A stretch of DNA of 64,000 nt from an uncultured Clostridia bacterium (GTDB lineage: Bacteria > Bacillota > Clostridia > Christensenellales > Borkfalkiaceae), in NCBI GenBank assembly GCA_949878885.1, contig CATLBN010000002.1, forward strand, positions 18,774 to 82,773, read 5' to 3'. Position numbers and translations under genes: made by a program. This document shows, in pieces, positions 1 through 10,834 of the stretch. Under the pieces are notes generated by a model. The model was not told the DNA's origin. It did not search any database and saw nothing but the letters and a program-made list of their open reading frames with translations. The stretch's first letter is position 1. Every line of letters begins with the position of its first letter.

Positions 1-20
1 GTAATCAAGGACTCGCTTGA

Positions 21-1712
<1,692 letters not shown>

Positions 1713-1760
1713 CATTTCTGCTATACCGTCTCTCTTAGGAATTGAATAATCCCTATGACA

Positions 1761-1795
1761 CCGCGCCGTTAAACGGCGCGGTTTTTCTGTTTTTA
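1761..1795 (+). terminator. rho-independent terminator after the recombinase gene (shared convergent spacer with rnfB)
   Basis: Perfect 9-bp stem ccgcgccgt/acggcgcgg (1761-1769 / 1773-1781) followed by tttttctgttttt. Confidence 0.75.
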
Positions 1796-1808
1796 TTTAT
1801 ATATTTAA

Positions 1809-2669
1809 TTATTCTGCTTTTTCGGTTGCCGGTGTTTCTTCGGCAACAACTTTACGGCTTATTATAATGTGTCTGGGGCATTTTTCAACGCAGGTTAAAC
1901 AGCCTGTACACTTTGTATAATCTATAACGGGCAAATTGTCCTTCATAGTTATTGCGCCGTGAGGGCAGGATTTTGCGCATATACCGCAGGCGATACAGCC
2001 AACCTTGCAAACAGCTCTTACTTCTTTGCCGGGGCATTTGGATGAGCAGGCAACAAATACGGGCGCAGAGGAAGGAATACGTTCTATTATGCTCTTGGGG
2101 CAAGCCGTAATGCACGCCCCGCAGGAAATACATCTGTCAGGGTCAACTTGCGCAAGTCTGCCCGTAACTTCAATAGCGTTTTCTGGACAAACGGCTTTGC
2201 AGTCGCCGCAGCCAAGGCAGGCATAAGAGCAAGCCTTGTTTCCGCCCAAAAGCGAATTGCACGAAGCGCAGGTGGGGTTGCCCTTGTATTCAAATTTATC
2301 AAGGCAGTTTTCCGCTCCGCCGTGGCATTTTACAACTGCAACGGTGGGTTCTTCGTCTTTAAGTTCAATTCCCAAAAGTTTGGCAATTTCCGCTTTCTTT
2401 TCAGGCGAAGTAACGTGGCAGTCGGAAAGATTTGCGCCGCCTTCTGCAAGTTTGGAAGCAAAGCCTCCGCAGCCGGAACAGCCGCAGCCGCCGCAGTTTG
2501 CGCCTGCAAGATTTTCCAAAATTTTAGTAACTTTTTCGTCTACGTTAACTTTAAAAATTTTGCCTACCAAAAGTATCAGCGCGCCTATAATAAGCGCGGA
2601 ACCCGCAAAAATCGCAGCAACTATTCCTACGGTAATCCAAGTTTGATTTGTAATAACAAGTAAATTCAT
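1809..2669 (-). CDS. rnfB: Rnf electron-transport complex subunit B (polyferredoxin-type)
   Basis: 286 aa. N-terminal TM helix, CGGCGCSGCGG motif, then several CxxCxxCxxxCP 4Fe-4S motifs. Last gene of the rnfCDGEAB order. Confidence 0.9.
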   Translation of the reverse strand: MNLLVITNQTWITVGIVAAIFAGSALIIGALILLVGKIFKVNVDEKVTKILENLAGANCGGCGCSGCGGFASKLAEGGANLSDCHVTSPEKKAEIAKLLGIELKDEEPTVAVVKCHGGAENCLDKFEYKGNPTCASCNSLLGGNKACSYACLGCGDCKAVCPENAIEVTGRLAQVDPDRCISCGACITACPKSIIERIPSSAPVFVACSSKCPGKEVRAVCKVGCIACGICAKSCPHGAITMKDNLPVIDYTKCTGCLTCVEKCPRHIIISRKVVAEETPATEKAE

Positions 2670-2681
2670 AATTCAGCCCCC

Positions 2682-3284
2682 TTAACGAATGTACGAGAAT
2701 ACCGCAAACGCCATACAGATGAAGCAAGCCGTAACCATTGCAATGGGGAAGCCGGCAAGCGCCTTGTGCGTTTTGTAGCAGTTCAGTTTTTCTCTAAGTC
2801 CGCTCATAATAACCATAACAAGCGTAAATCCTACGCCTGCAAACAGCGCGTAAGCCGCCGCCCAGCCAATGTTCATAGCTACGCCTTCGCCGAGGATTGA
2901 CGACATATCGCCAATAACCAGTTCGGCAACGCCGAGTACGGCGCAGTTAGTTGTTATAAGGGGAAGATATACGCCCATTGCGTTGTAGAGCGAGGGGGAA
3001 ATTTTTCTTATAATTACTTCAAGCATCTGCACAAGCGAAGCTATTATAAATATAAAGAAAATTATTTCAAGAAATTCAAATCCCAGCGGCACCATAACGT
3101 ATGTGTAAATGGGATAGGTAACCAAGGTTGCAAGCACCATAACTACGGTAACCGCAATGCCCATTCCGAACGCGCTGGAAGTTTTTTTGGATACGCCCAA
3201 AAACGGACATATACCGTAAGTTTTAACGGTTATAAAGTTGTTTGTAAGAACAGCCGCAAGAACTATCGCAATAAAAGTACCCAT
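2682..3284 (-). CDS. rnfA: Rnf complex subunit A
   Basis: 200-aa polytopic membrane protein with RnfA/NqrE-type sequence (LPLITTNCAVLGV). Position in the rnf operon. Confidence 0.9.
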   Translation of the reverse strand: MGTFIAIVLAAVLTNNFITVKTYGICPFLGVSKKTSSAFGMGIAVTVVMVLATLVTYPIYTYVMVPLGFEFLEIIFFIFIIASLVQMLEVIIRKISPSLYNAMGVYLPLITTNCAVLGVAELVIGDMSSILGEGVAMNIGWAAAYALFAGVGFTLVMVIMSGLREKLNCYKTHKALAGFPIAMVTACFICMAFAVFSYIR

Positions 3285-3287
3285 AAT

Positions 3288-3935
3288 TTACGCAGCCTCC
3301 TTCAAAAGATTTTCACGCGCAAGTTTGTTTGCTTTAACGCGTTTTGCGCGTTCAAAGCAGTCTATGCAGTAAACGAATACCGCAATGCACAGTCCGTAAA
3401 CCAAGAATGCGCCGGCAGGCTTGGAAAGCATACCTATTTTAAATTCCATAATCTGCAAACCGAACAGCGAACCGTTGCCGAAAAATTCGCAGATAATACC
3501 CATAAGAGTAAGCGCAAACGTAAATCCAAGTCCGTTTGCAATGCCGTCTACCGCCGATTCCGCAACGGTGTGTTTGTTTGCAAAAGCTTCCGCGCGTCCC
3601 AATATAATGCAGTTTACAACTATAAGCGCAAGGAAGCCGCCCAAACTGTCGTACAAATCGGGCAAGAACTTTTCCAAACACATTCTCGCAAAAGTAACAA
3701 GCGTTGCAATAATTACTATATAACAGGGGATACGCACAGCACCGGGGATAACTTTTCTTAAAGCCGAAATAATTATGTTGCTTAAAGTAAGTATAACAAG
3801 TACTGTAAGTCCCATACCCAATGAGGAATACGCCGAGTTGATAAGACCGAGGGTGGGGCAGGTACCCAAAACCAACATAAACGTGGGATTTTGATAAATA
3901 AGCCCGTCTAAGGTAATTTTCTTATACTTATTCAT
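3288..3935 (-). CDS. rnfE: Rnf complex subunit E
   Basis: 215-aa polytopic protein with RnfE/NqrD-type sequence (IVVNCIILGRAEAFA). Operon position; 4-nt overlap with rnfG. Confidence 0.9.
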   Translation of the reverse strand: MNKYKKITLDGLIYQNPTFMLVLGTCPTLGLINSAYSSLGMGLTVLVILTLSNIIISALRKVIPGAVRIPCYIVIIATLVTFARMCLEKFLPDLYDSLGGFLALIVVNCIILGRAEAFANKHTVAESAVDGIANGLGFTFALTLMGIICEFFGNGSLFGLQIMEFKIGMLSKPAGAFLVYGLCIAVFVYCIDCFERAKRVKANKLARENLLKEAA

Positions 3936-4945
3936 TCTTTGTCGCCTCCTTCCTGAGTTTCCAAAGCTATAATATTTTCGTAGTTAGCCGCCGCAAACGC
4001 CGCCGCGTTCAAGCAGAGGAAGTTGGATTGCGTAGCGCCGGACGTAAGCGAGGAACCGTCAAGCGAACCGTAATCGCCCAAATCCGCGCCGCCTTTCAAT
4101 ATTGCTTCAACGCCGTCTATATTCTTGCCTACAAACAGCGAGCCGTTCAATATATCTTTGTTCATACTTGCTTCAAAACCGCCGGTTGAACCGTTTACGG
4201 TAATAACGTAAGCTTTGATAATTCCGCCTTCGCCTACTGTAACGTCTATGGAGAATTTGGCAGCATTGCCGTATCCGTTGGTTACTACGTGGAATATAAC
4301 TTCCTGTGTTTCGGCGTTATAAACGTGAGACGTTTCTTTGGTAATAATGTTTTTAACGTATTCAAAGTCGGCGTAAATATCGTTTGAAGCGTTGCCTAAT
4401 TTAGCGTTTACGTAATCTACGGCGCCGTTAACGGCATTGCAAATTGCGTTGGAAGACATAGAAGCGCCGCCCGTAAGGTATCCGTCGGAAGTCGTAAAGT
4501 AAAAATCTTCTGCGGGATTTGTTTCAAAGCTTTTTAAAAAGCTCTGCGAAATTTTGCCTATGTAAGACTGACCCTTGTTGCTGTCTATGGTAATGTTTTT
4601 AACGCCGGCAACTTTGCCGCCTTTAACAACTACTACAACCCAGCAGGTAACGGTACCGTTTTCAAATCCGCCTTTGCCGGTAGATTTTATAAGGTAATTG
4701 CCGTCGTCCTTAACTTTGTAAGCGGCTTCTATAACTGCGTTGCTGTTATAGTTTTCGGCAACAAGCTGTTCTGTTTTAACGGGTTTTCCGTAAATTTTGT
4801 TAATAGCTCTGTTAAATCTTTCTTCGTCGGTAACTTCCAAAAGTCCGCTCATTACCGTAAGGAAAACGCCGCTTATAAGAAGCACGCACAAAAGAACCGC
4901 AATGCATTTAAAAACGTTGCTTTTAAAAAACTGTTTAACCGTCAT
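3932..4945 (-). CDS. rnfG: Rnf complex subunit G, unusually long, with two FMN_bind-like modules
   Basis: 337 aa. N-terminal TM anchor, then two successive FMN-binding-domain-like segments ending in LTGGASMSS (aa ~158-165) and LTSGATQS (aa ~300-307). Operon position between rnfD and rnfE. Confidence 0.85.
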   Translation of the reverse strand: MTVKQFFKSNVFKCIAVLLCVLLISGVFLTVMSGLLEVTDEERFNRAINKIYGKPVKTEQLVAENYNSNAVIEAAYKVKDDGNYLIKSTGKGGFENGTVTCWVVVVVKGGKVAGVKNITIDSNKGQSYIGKISQSFLKSFETNPAEDFYFTTSDGYLTGGASMSSNAICNAVNGAVDYVNAKLGNASNDIYADFEYVKNIITKETSHVYNAETQEVIFHVVTNGYGNAAKFSIDVTVGEGGIIKAYVITVNGSTGGFEASMNKDILNGSLFVGKNIDGVEAILKGGADLGDYGSLDGSSLTSGATQSNFLCLNAAAFAAANYENIIALETQEGGDKE

Positions 4946-6082
4946 TTATGCGCCCTCCTTTTCGGTTTTTTCGTTTGCGTCTTTTATAGCGGGGTCTGCA
5001 ATTTTACTTGTTTCGCACGTAACTTCGTTTTGTTTTTTTACTTTTTTGTAACCGAACGGCTTTCTTACAACGTATCTGTCTATAAGAGGCACTATAAGGT
5101 TCATAAGCATAATAACAAAAGATGTTACTTCCAAACCGGTAAAGTATCTAAGCACCGCAACCAATATAGCGGCAGCTACGTAATAAACTATCTGTCCGTA
5201 AACTCCCTTGGGCGAAGTTACGTAATCGGTAAACATAAATACCGCGCCGAACAGTACGCCGCCGGAGAAAATGTGGGGGAGGAACAGTTCCATATTAAAG
5301 ATGTAACCGCCCGTGGATATGTAAGAAAAGCCGGAAAGGAATACCGCGCTTAGTCCGAATACCGCAAGGAACATAAGCGGCTGCCACCATTTTATAACTT
5401 TGCGCACGCACAAATAAACGTAACCCAGCAGTATGGCGGCTTTACAGGTTTCGCCTATGCAGCCTGCAACGCCCGTGCCGAGGAACAAATCCAAAACGGT
5501 AATTTTTGTTGCGGGGTTGCCGCTTGAAGGCAGCAGCCACGACAGGTTGGTCGCGTTGGAGAATATTCCGCTTTCAAAGTTAAGCGCAGGTATGTTTGCG
5601 GCGGTATAGGTGGTTATGGTAAAGCTCAAAAACATAAATACTCTGCCGGCAGCGGCGGGGTTTACAAGGTTTTTACCCGTTCCGCCGAACAGCATTTTTA
5701 CTATGCCTATGGCAAATACCGCGCCTATAATCACTTCGTAGAATACTTCGTACCACTTATCGGTTGTGGGAAGTATAAGCGCTAAAATAAGTCCCGTTAC
5801 CACAGAGGTCAAATCGAATTGCTTTAAAAAGCGTCTGCAAACGGCTTTTGCGTTTTTGCACTTTTTTGCAAATCCTTTGTTTGCAATAAAAAAGTAAACA
5901 AATTCCGTCGCTACGCAGGCAACTACCGCCATAAGCTCTATCAAAAGCGCCTGCCAGCCGAAAAATACAATTCCGGCAAGTGCGCTCGGGAAAAGCGCGA
6001 TTAAAACGTCTAACATTATAGAGCGAGTGGTTCTTTTCGATTTGACGTGAGGAGGGGTGGAAATTACAACAGTGTTATCCAT
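4946..6082 (-). CDS. rnfD: Rnf complex subunit D
   Basis: 378-aa polytopic protein, RnfD/NqrB-type (PPHVKS..., FMFTDYVTSP), with a charged C-terminal extension. Abuts rnfG with no gap. Confidence 0.9.
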   Translation of the reverse strand: MDNTVVISTPPHVKSKRTTRSIMLDVLIALFPSALAGIVFFGWQALLIELMAVVACVATEFVYFFIANKGFAKKCKNAKAVCRRFLKQFDLTSVVTGLILALILPTTDKWYEVFYEVIIGAVFAIGIVKMLFGGTGKNLVNPAAAGRVFMFLSFTITTYTAANIPALNFESGIFSNATNLSWLLPSSGNPATKITVLDLFLGTGVAGCIGETCKAAILLGYVYLCVRKVIKWWQPLMFLAVFGLSAVFLSGFSYISTGGYIFNMELFLPHIFSGGVLFGAVFMFTDYVTSPKGVYGQIVYYVAAAILVAVLRYFTGLEVTSFVIMLMNLIVPLIDRYVVRKPFGYKKVKKQNEVTCETSKIADPAIKDANEKTEKEGA

Positions 6083-6097
6083 AAAATTATCTCCTTG

Positions 6098-7399
6098 TCA
6101 ATTCCGTTTATCGTTTCGAAGGGCAGCCTTCGTTTTTCTTATAGCCTGAATAAGGGGGCGCTTTGCAGGGCAAACGTATTCGCAAGCTCCGCATTCTATG
6201 CACGAAAGCGCGTTTCCAAGTTTTTCCGCCGTTTCGTAATCTCCGGCAGCCGAATAAAACGCCGTGTTCATAGGCATTAAATGCATAGGGCACACGTCGG
6301 CGCACATTCCGCAGTTAAGGCAGGGCGTAGGTTCTTTTGCAGCCGCTTCTTTTTCCGTAAGCAGCAAAATTCCCGAAGTGGTTTTATGCGTATATTCGTC
6401 GTAGCTTGCAAGCGCCGTACCCGTCATAGGTCCGCCCTGAATTACCTTTTTGGGCGCAACCGCTTCTCCGCCGCAGTAATCTACTATTTCTTTAACGGGG
6501 GTGCCTACCTTAACCCATAAATTTTTGGGTTGGCTTACCGCTCCTCCGGAAATTGTAACGGCTCTTTCGTACAGCGGTTTACCGAGTTCAACCGCTTCGC
6601 ATACCGCAAAACAGGTTGCAACGTTCTGAACTATAACTCCGCAGTCGGCAGGCAGTTTGCCAAGTCCTATTTTTCTGCCGCAAACGGCGTAAACCAGCTG
6701 TTTTTCGCCGCCCATAGGGTATTTTTTATAAAGTTTAACAACCTTAATGTCGTCGTAAGGCTCAAATGCGGCAATAGCGTCGGGTTTGTTAGACTCTATG
6801 CCTATAACAATATTTTCAACGCCCAAAGCTTTTGCCAAATATCTTGCGCCGCGTGCTATTTCGTCGGTTTTTTCAATCATAAGCCTGTGGTCGCAGGTAA
6901 GATAAGGTTCGCATTCCGCGCCGTTAACAATTAACGTGTCAACTTTGGATTTGGGCGCGGCTTTTACGGCGGTAGGGAAGCCCGCTCCGCCCAAGCCTAC
7001 AATTCCGCAATCCGCAATTCTCTGTATTATTTCTTCGGGTACGGGATTTTCCAAGGGCTTAAAATATTCTTTACCGTCTTTGCCGTTGGGCTCTATAACG
7101 ATAAACCGTTCTTTTGCGCCGCCTGCGCCTGTCATCTCTTTAATTTCTTTAACTTGTCCGCAAACGCTTGCAAACACGTTTGACGAAATCAATCCGTCCG
7201 CTTTTGCTATAAGCGCGCCTTCTTTAACTTCCGCGCCCGCTTCAACCGTAGGGACCGCCGGGTTGCCTATCGATTGAGTTGTGGAAATCGCAACTGTCGT
7301 CGGCAACGGCATAATTTCAACGGGACAGCCGCTTGTAAGCGCTTTTCCGTCGCGGGGGTGCACTCCGCCGAAGAAGTATTTTCCTTTAACTGCTTTCAA
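6098..7399 (-). CDS. rnfC: Rnf complex subunit C
   Basis: 433 aa. TTG start preceded by GGAGG. GLGGAGFPT motif and two ferredoxin motifs, CLNCGMCADVCP and CIECGACEYVCP. Confidence 0.92.
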   Translation of the reverse strand: MKAVKGKYFFGGVHPRDGKALTSGCPVEIMPLPTTVAISTTQSIGNPAVPTVEAGAEVKEGALIAKADGLISSNVFASVCGQVKEIKEMTGAGGAKERFIVIEPNGKDGKEYFKPLENPVPEEIIQRIADCGIVGLGGAGFPTAVKAAPKSKVDTLIVNGAECEPYLTCDHRLMIEKTDEIARGARYLAKALGVENIVIGIESNKPDAIAAFEPYDDIKVVKLYKKYPMGGEKQLVYAVCGRKIGLGKLPADCGVIVQNVATCFAVCEAVELGKPLYERAVTISGGAVSQPKNLWVKVGTPVKEIVDYCGGEAVAPKKVIQGGPMTGTALASYDEYTHKTTSGILLLTEKEAAAKEPTPCLNCGMCADVCPMHLMPMNTAFYSAAGDYETAEKLGNALSCIECGACEYVCPAKRPLIQAIRKTKAALRNDKRN

Positions 7400-7431
7400 T
7401 TCTTACCTCCGTGAATATTGGTTAATTTTTT

Positions 7432-7977
7432 TTATTTTGAAAATATAACTTTTTCAAACGCGTTTTTCGGAACGCCTTTGAATATAAGCATTGTAACTCC
7501 GCCTACGATAGCTCCCGATAAAATTCCCAAAAGCGCTAAATACGGCATATAGCCGAACATAAGCGCAGAGCCCGAAAGTGCGACAAAAACTGCGTTTTGC
7601 GTAATATTGTGCGCAACGGCGGCTATAACGGAAACCGACATAACCGAAATTTTAGGGTACACGGTATATACAAGCAGAGAGGATACAGTCATCGAAACCA
7701 CGCCGCCCGTAAAGCTGTACAGTATTGCCGAAACGTTGCCGGCATAAACCGCGCCCAAAAGGGTGCGGATACCTACAACGGCAAACGCTTCTAAAGGGGA
7801 ATACATAATAAGCGCCGCAAACGAAAATACGTTGGCAAGCCCCATTTTCGCCCCGGGAATAATCAGGGGAGGAAACAGGCTTTCTATTATAAACGTTATA
7901 AGGCTCAGTCCCGTTAAAAGCGCCAAAACCGCTATTTTTTTAGCGGCGTTTTTACCCGACACTTTACGCATACTCAT
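7432..7977 (-). CDS. Gx transporter family membrane protein (heptaprenyl diphosphate synthase component I-like, PF07456-type)
   Basis: 181 aa, about 5 TM helices, small-residue-rich helices (GAVYAGN, FTGGVVS, SGAIVGG). 32 nt upstream of rnfC on the same strand. Confidence 0.6.
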   Translation of the reverse strand: MSMRKVSGKNAAKKIAVLALLTGLSLITFIIESLFPPLIIPGAKMGLANVFSFAALIMYSPLEAFAVVGIRTLLGAVYAGNVSAILYSFTGGVVSMTVSSLLVYTVYPKISVMSVSVIAAVAHNITQNAVFVALSGSALMFGYMPYLALLGILSGAIVGGVTMLIFKGVPKNAFEKVIFSK

Positions 7978-7985
7978 ACGTTAAG

Positions 7986-8015
7986 ATTATACACTATTAT
8001 ATAATAAATTAGCAA
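7986..8015 (-). promoter_or_regulatory. sigma-A-type promoter for the Gx-transporter/rnf operon; its -10 lies 8 nt from the ATG
   Basis: Minus strand TTGCTA (8015-8010), 18-nt spacer, TATAAT (7991-7986), then cttaacgt and ATG at 7977. No SD. Confidence 0.5.
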
Positions 8016-8060
8016 ATAAAAATCTTTGCATTTTCACAAAAATTTAACTGTTTTTTTATA

Positions 8061-8092
8061 ATAATGAAAACGCGGCGGTAAACCCGCCGCGC
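8061..8092 (-). terminator. rho-independent terminator of the ABC importer operon
   Basis: 8-bp GC stem cgcggcgg/ccgccgcg (8071-8078 / 8084-8091). On the minus strand it is followed by ttttcatt. Confidence 0.7.
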
Positions 8093-8113
8093 ATTAAGTC
8101 GATATTTAAGTAT

Positions 8114-8920
8114 TCATTTAACCGCGTGTTTTTCAATAAGGGCTATAATGCCGTACATTCCGCCTGCAAGCAGACACAGAATAAACGTAGCCGTCATAAC
8201 AAGGTCAAGTTTAAAAACCTGACCGCCGTAAACTATAAGATACCCCAAGCCTGCTTTGGATACAATATATTCGCCCATTATAGAACCTATCCACGCAAGC
8301 CCTACGGCAACTTTAAGGGTGTTCATAAGCGCCGGCAGCGACGCGGGAATAATAAGTTTTCTAAGCGTTGCGGCTTTGTTTGCGCCCATCGATTTCATAA
8401 GCAAAAGCTTTGTTTTGTCAACGGCTATAAAACCTGCCAGCATATTCATTATGCAAACTATTATCGAAACGAGTACGGTCATAAAAATTATCGCGTCGTA
8501 ACCTGTGCCTATCCAGATTATAATAAGCGGACCTAACGCAATTTTGGGCAGCGAGTTTAAAACCACAATATACGGTTCGGCAACCTTGCGCACCGTTTCG
8601 CTCGACCAAAGTATCACGGCAACGGCGTACCCTAAAATTACCGCTATTAAAAATCCCGCAAGAGTTTCCATAAGCGTAATGCCTATATGGTAAAACAGTG
8701 TGCCTTCAACATACAGATTCGCAAGTGTTTTGCAAACGCGGGAGGGCGAACTTGTAATAAACGCATTTATAACGTTAAACTGTGCCAAAAGTTCCCATAT
8801 GCCCAATATTGCAACCAACACCAAAAATCTGGACAGGTGCACGATAATTTTGTTTTTTTTCTGTTTTCTCAGATACGCGATATGCTCGCGTGAATATTCT
8901 GGTTTAATTTTGTTTTTCAT
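8114..8920 (-). CDS. ABC transporter permease, NitT/TauT (SsuC/TauC-like) family
   Basis: 268 aa, 6 TM, binding-protein-dependent permease fold. Sits downstream of the matching ATPase and binding protein. Confidence 0.85.
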   Translation of the reverse strand: MKNKIKPEYSREHIAYLRKQKKNKIIVHLSRFLVLVAILGIWELLAQFNVINAFITSSPSRVCKTLANLYVEGTLFYHIGITLMETLAGFLIAVILGYAVAVILWSSETVRKVAEPYIVVLNSLPKIALGPLIIIWIGTGYDAIIFMTVLVSIIVCIMNMLAGFIAVDKTKLLLMKSMGANKAATLRKLIIPASLPALMNTLKVAVGLAWIGSIMGEYIVSKAGLGYLIVYGGQVFKLDLVMTATFILCLLAGGMYGIIALIEKHAVK

Positions 8921-8966
8921 AAGTTCGTTTTCCTTTGTTAAAAACGCTTAAATAAACCGTTTGCGG

Positions 8967-9692
8967 CTATATGCCCAATTCTTTGCGCAGTATTTCGAAA
9001 GTGGCGGCAAACTCGCCGCATTCGCGCCGTTTTTTGGGGTTGTTTCCGCCGAAAGAAATATCGTGCACGGCAACAACCCTTGCGGGGCGCGCAGAAAGAA
9101 CCACAACCCTGTCGGACAGCGCTATCGCCTCTGAAATGTCGTGCGTAACCAAAAGCGCCGTTTTTTTCTCGCTTTTTATAATCCCCTGCACGTCGTCGCA
9201 TACTTCCAGCCGCGTCTGATAATCCAGCGCCGAAAACGGTTCGTCCAAAAGCAGAATTTCAGGTTCCGCCGCAAGCGTTCTTATAAGCGCGACTCTCTGC
9301 CGCATACCGCCCGAAAGCTGAGATGGCGTTTTTTTAAGAAAGTCTTTAAGCCCGTATTTTTTTGCAAGGTCCAAAGCTTTTTCCCTTTTTTCCGGCGTGT
9401 TGCGTTTTTTAACTTCCAGCGGCAGAAAAATATTCTGTTCAACGGTTCTCCACGGAAACAGCGCGTCGCGCTGCAACATATAACCGCATTCTCCGCCGCC
9501 GCGTACCACTTCGCCGTCGGAAGGTTTTAAAAGCCCGGCCGCCAGCGAAAGAATTGTTGTTTTGCCGCAACCAGAGGGACCTATAACCGAAACGAACTGC
9601 CCGTTTTCAACTGTAAAATTAAGTTTGTCTACGGCTGTCGTTTCGCCCTCTTTTGTATGGTAAGTATAACAAACGTTCTTAAATTCAAGCAT
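8967..9692 (-). CDS. ABC transporter ATP-binding protein, NitT/TauT (SsuB/TauB-like) family
   Basis: 241 aa. Walker [10 protein letters not shown], signature LSGGMRQRV, Walker [12 protein letters not shown]. Confidence 0.92.
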   Translation of the reverse strand: MLEFKNVCYTYHTKEGETTAVDKLNFTVENGQFVSVIGPSGCGKTTILSLAAGLLKPSDGEVVRGGGECGYMLQRDALFPWRTVEQNIFLPLEVKKRNTPEKREKALDLAKKYGLKDFLKKTPSQLSGGMRQRVALIRTLAAEPEILLLDEPFSALDYQTRLEVCDDVQGIIKSEKKTALLVTHDISEAIALSDRVVVLSARPARVVAVHDISFGGNNPKKRRECGEFAATFEILRKELGI

Positions 9693-9694
9693 AA

Positions 9695-10732
9695 TTATTT
9701 TGCGTAAACTTCTTTATAAATTTTATCGGCTGTTTCGGTAAGCACCAAATCGGAAAAATTCACGCGTTTGGAAAGTTCGCCGGCGCCTTCTATAATATCC
9801 TGCAAACGGTTGAACGAGCTTTCTTTCATAGCCATATTTTCAACCCAGGCGTTAATGCCTTTATAGCTGTCAAGCGAAACTTTAACGCTCTCCTCGGCGG
9901 TGTTGGTAAAATATTTGGTTATAATTTTTGCAACGTCGGCGCTGTCGTTTTCGTAAACGTATTTAACGCCTCTGGTAACAGCGCGCAGCAGCGCTTCTAC
10001 TGTGTCGCCGTGTTTTTCTATATAGCTGCTCTTTGCCATAAAGCAGGTGTAGGGCACAGCGCCCGCCTGTTCGCCCACGGAGCCCACTATATATCCTTTA
10101 CCGGCTTTTTGATATTCGGACGCAACGGGTTCGAACATAGTGCAGTAATCGGCGGTGCCGCCTTCGAATGCCGAAGTCATCATATTAAAGTCAATGTTGG
10201 TAACGTAATTCACATCTATGCCCAATCCGCGGATAACGTGCTGGAAAGTCATAAGAGGAACGCCGCCCGGTCTGCCTGCAAGTATGTCTTTGCCTGCAAG
10301 ACTTTTCCAATCGAAGTCGGGTTCGGGTTTTCTGCTTACCAAAAAACTGCCGTCGCGGTCGGTTAACTGACCGAATACTTTGGGCGCGTCTTTATCGCCG
10401 CCTATCATCGTATATACGGCTGCCTCGGGTCCGCAAAAGCCTACGTCGGCTGCGCCTGCAAGTACGGCGGACATAGTGTTGTTTGCTCCGCCGCCGTTTG
10501 TAAGTTCTATTTCGTAACCTTCGTCGGCAAAATAACCCAACGCGTCCGCAAGATAGAGCGGAGCGTAAAATACCGAGTGGGTAACTTCGTTGATTTTAAT
10601 AACTTTTTTATCCTTGCCGCAACCGGCAACCGCAAACGGAATCATAAGCGTGAACACGGCGGCAAGCGCAAATAAAATGAATTTGTTTTTCAAAATAAGT
10701 AATTTCAACTCCTTAAAAATTTGATAATACAT
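9695..10732 (-). CDS. ABC transporter substrate-binding lipoprotein, NMT1/THI5-like (SsuA/ThiY-like) family
   Basis: The ORF track runs to 11116, but only the part from ATG 10732 looks like a real protein. It has the lipoprotein signal [27 protein letters not shown], then an NMT1-like domain. The exact start is uncertain: ATG 10732 has no SD, and an AAGGAG at 10714-10709 precedes an in-frame TTG at 10693. Confidence 0.75.
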   Translation of the reverse strand: MYYQIFKELKLLILKNKFILFALAAVFTLMIPFAVAGCGKDKKVIKINEVTHSVFYAPLYLADALGYFADEGYEIELTNGGGANNTMSAVLAGAADVGFCGPEAAVYTMIGGDKDAPKVFGQLTDRDGSFLVSRKPEPDFDWKSLAGKDILAGRPGGVPLMTFQHVIRGLGIDVNYVTNIDFNMMTSAFEGGTADYCTMFEPVASEYQKAGKGYIVGSVGEQAGAVPYTCFMAKSSYIEKHGDTVEALLRAVTRGVKYVYENDSADVAKIITKYFTNTAEESVKVSLDSYKGINAWVENMAMKESSFNRLQDIIEGAGELSKRVNFSDLVLTETADKIYKEVYAK

Positions 10733-10754
10733 TTTATGCGGTTGGTAATTGTAT

Positions 10755-10783
10755 TTGACAACCGCAAGGGTTTGATTTATAAT
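10755..10783 (+). promoter_or_regulatory. consensus sigma-A promoter of valS
   Basis: TTGACA (10755-10760), 17-nt spacer, TATAAT (10778-10783). About 45-nt leader to ATG 10835. Confidence 0.65.
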
Positions 10784-10834
10784 AAAACAGTATAATAAGC
10801 GGTATTCTGCGGTAGAGAGGTTAGGAATAAAGCA

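Noticed and set aside
2005-2663. Several 70-170-aa ORFs on the + strand antisense to rnfB (e.g. 2148-2663, 2236-2646)
   Set aside because: These are shadow ORFs of a Cys/Gly/Ala-rich gene. Their products are low-complexity (runs of A, S, F, K), they lack an SD, and they overlap a confidently identified gene completely.
6281-7277. + strand ORFs 6281-6520, 6530-6934 and 6936-7277, antisense to rnfC
   Set aside because: Same reasoning: antisense shadows of a well-conserved gene, with no motifs and no ribosome-binding sites.
10733-10834. TPP (THI-box) riboswitch upstream of the NMT1/THI5-like binding-protein gene
   Set aside because: No CUGAGA / ACCUGAUCUGGAUAAUGCCAGCG-like elements, and the spacer is too short and mostly occupied by the valS promoter.
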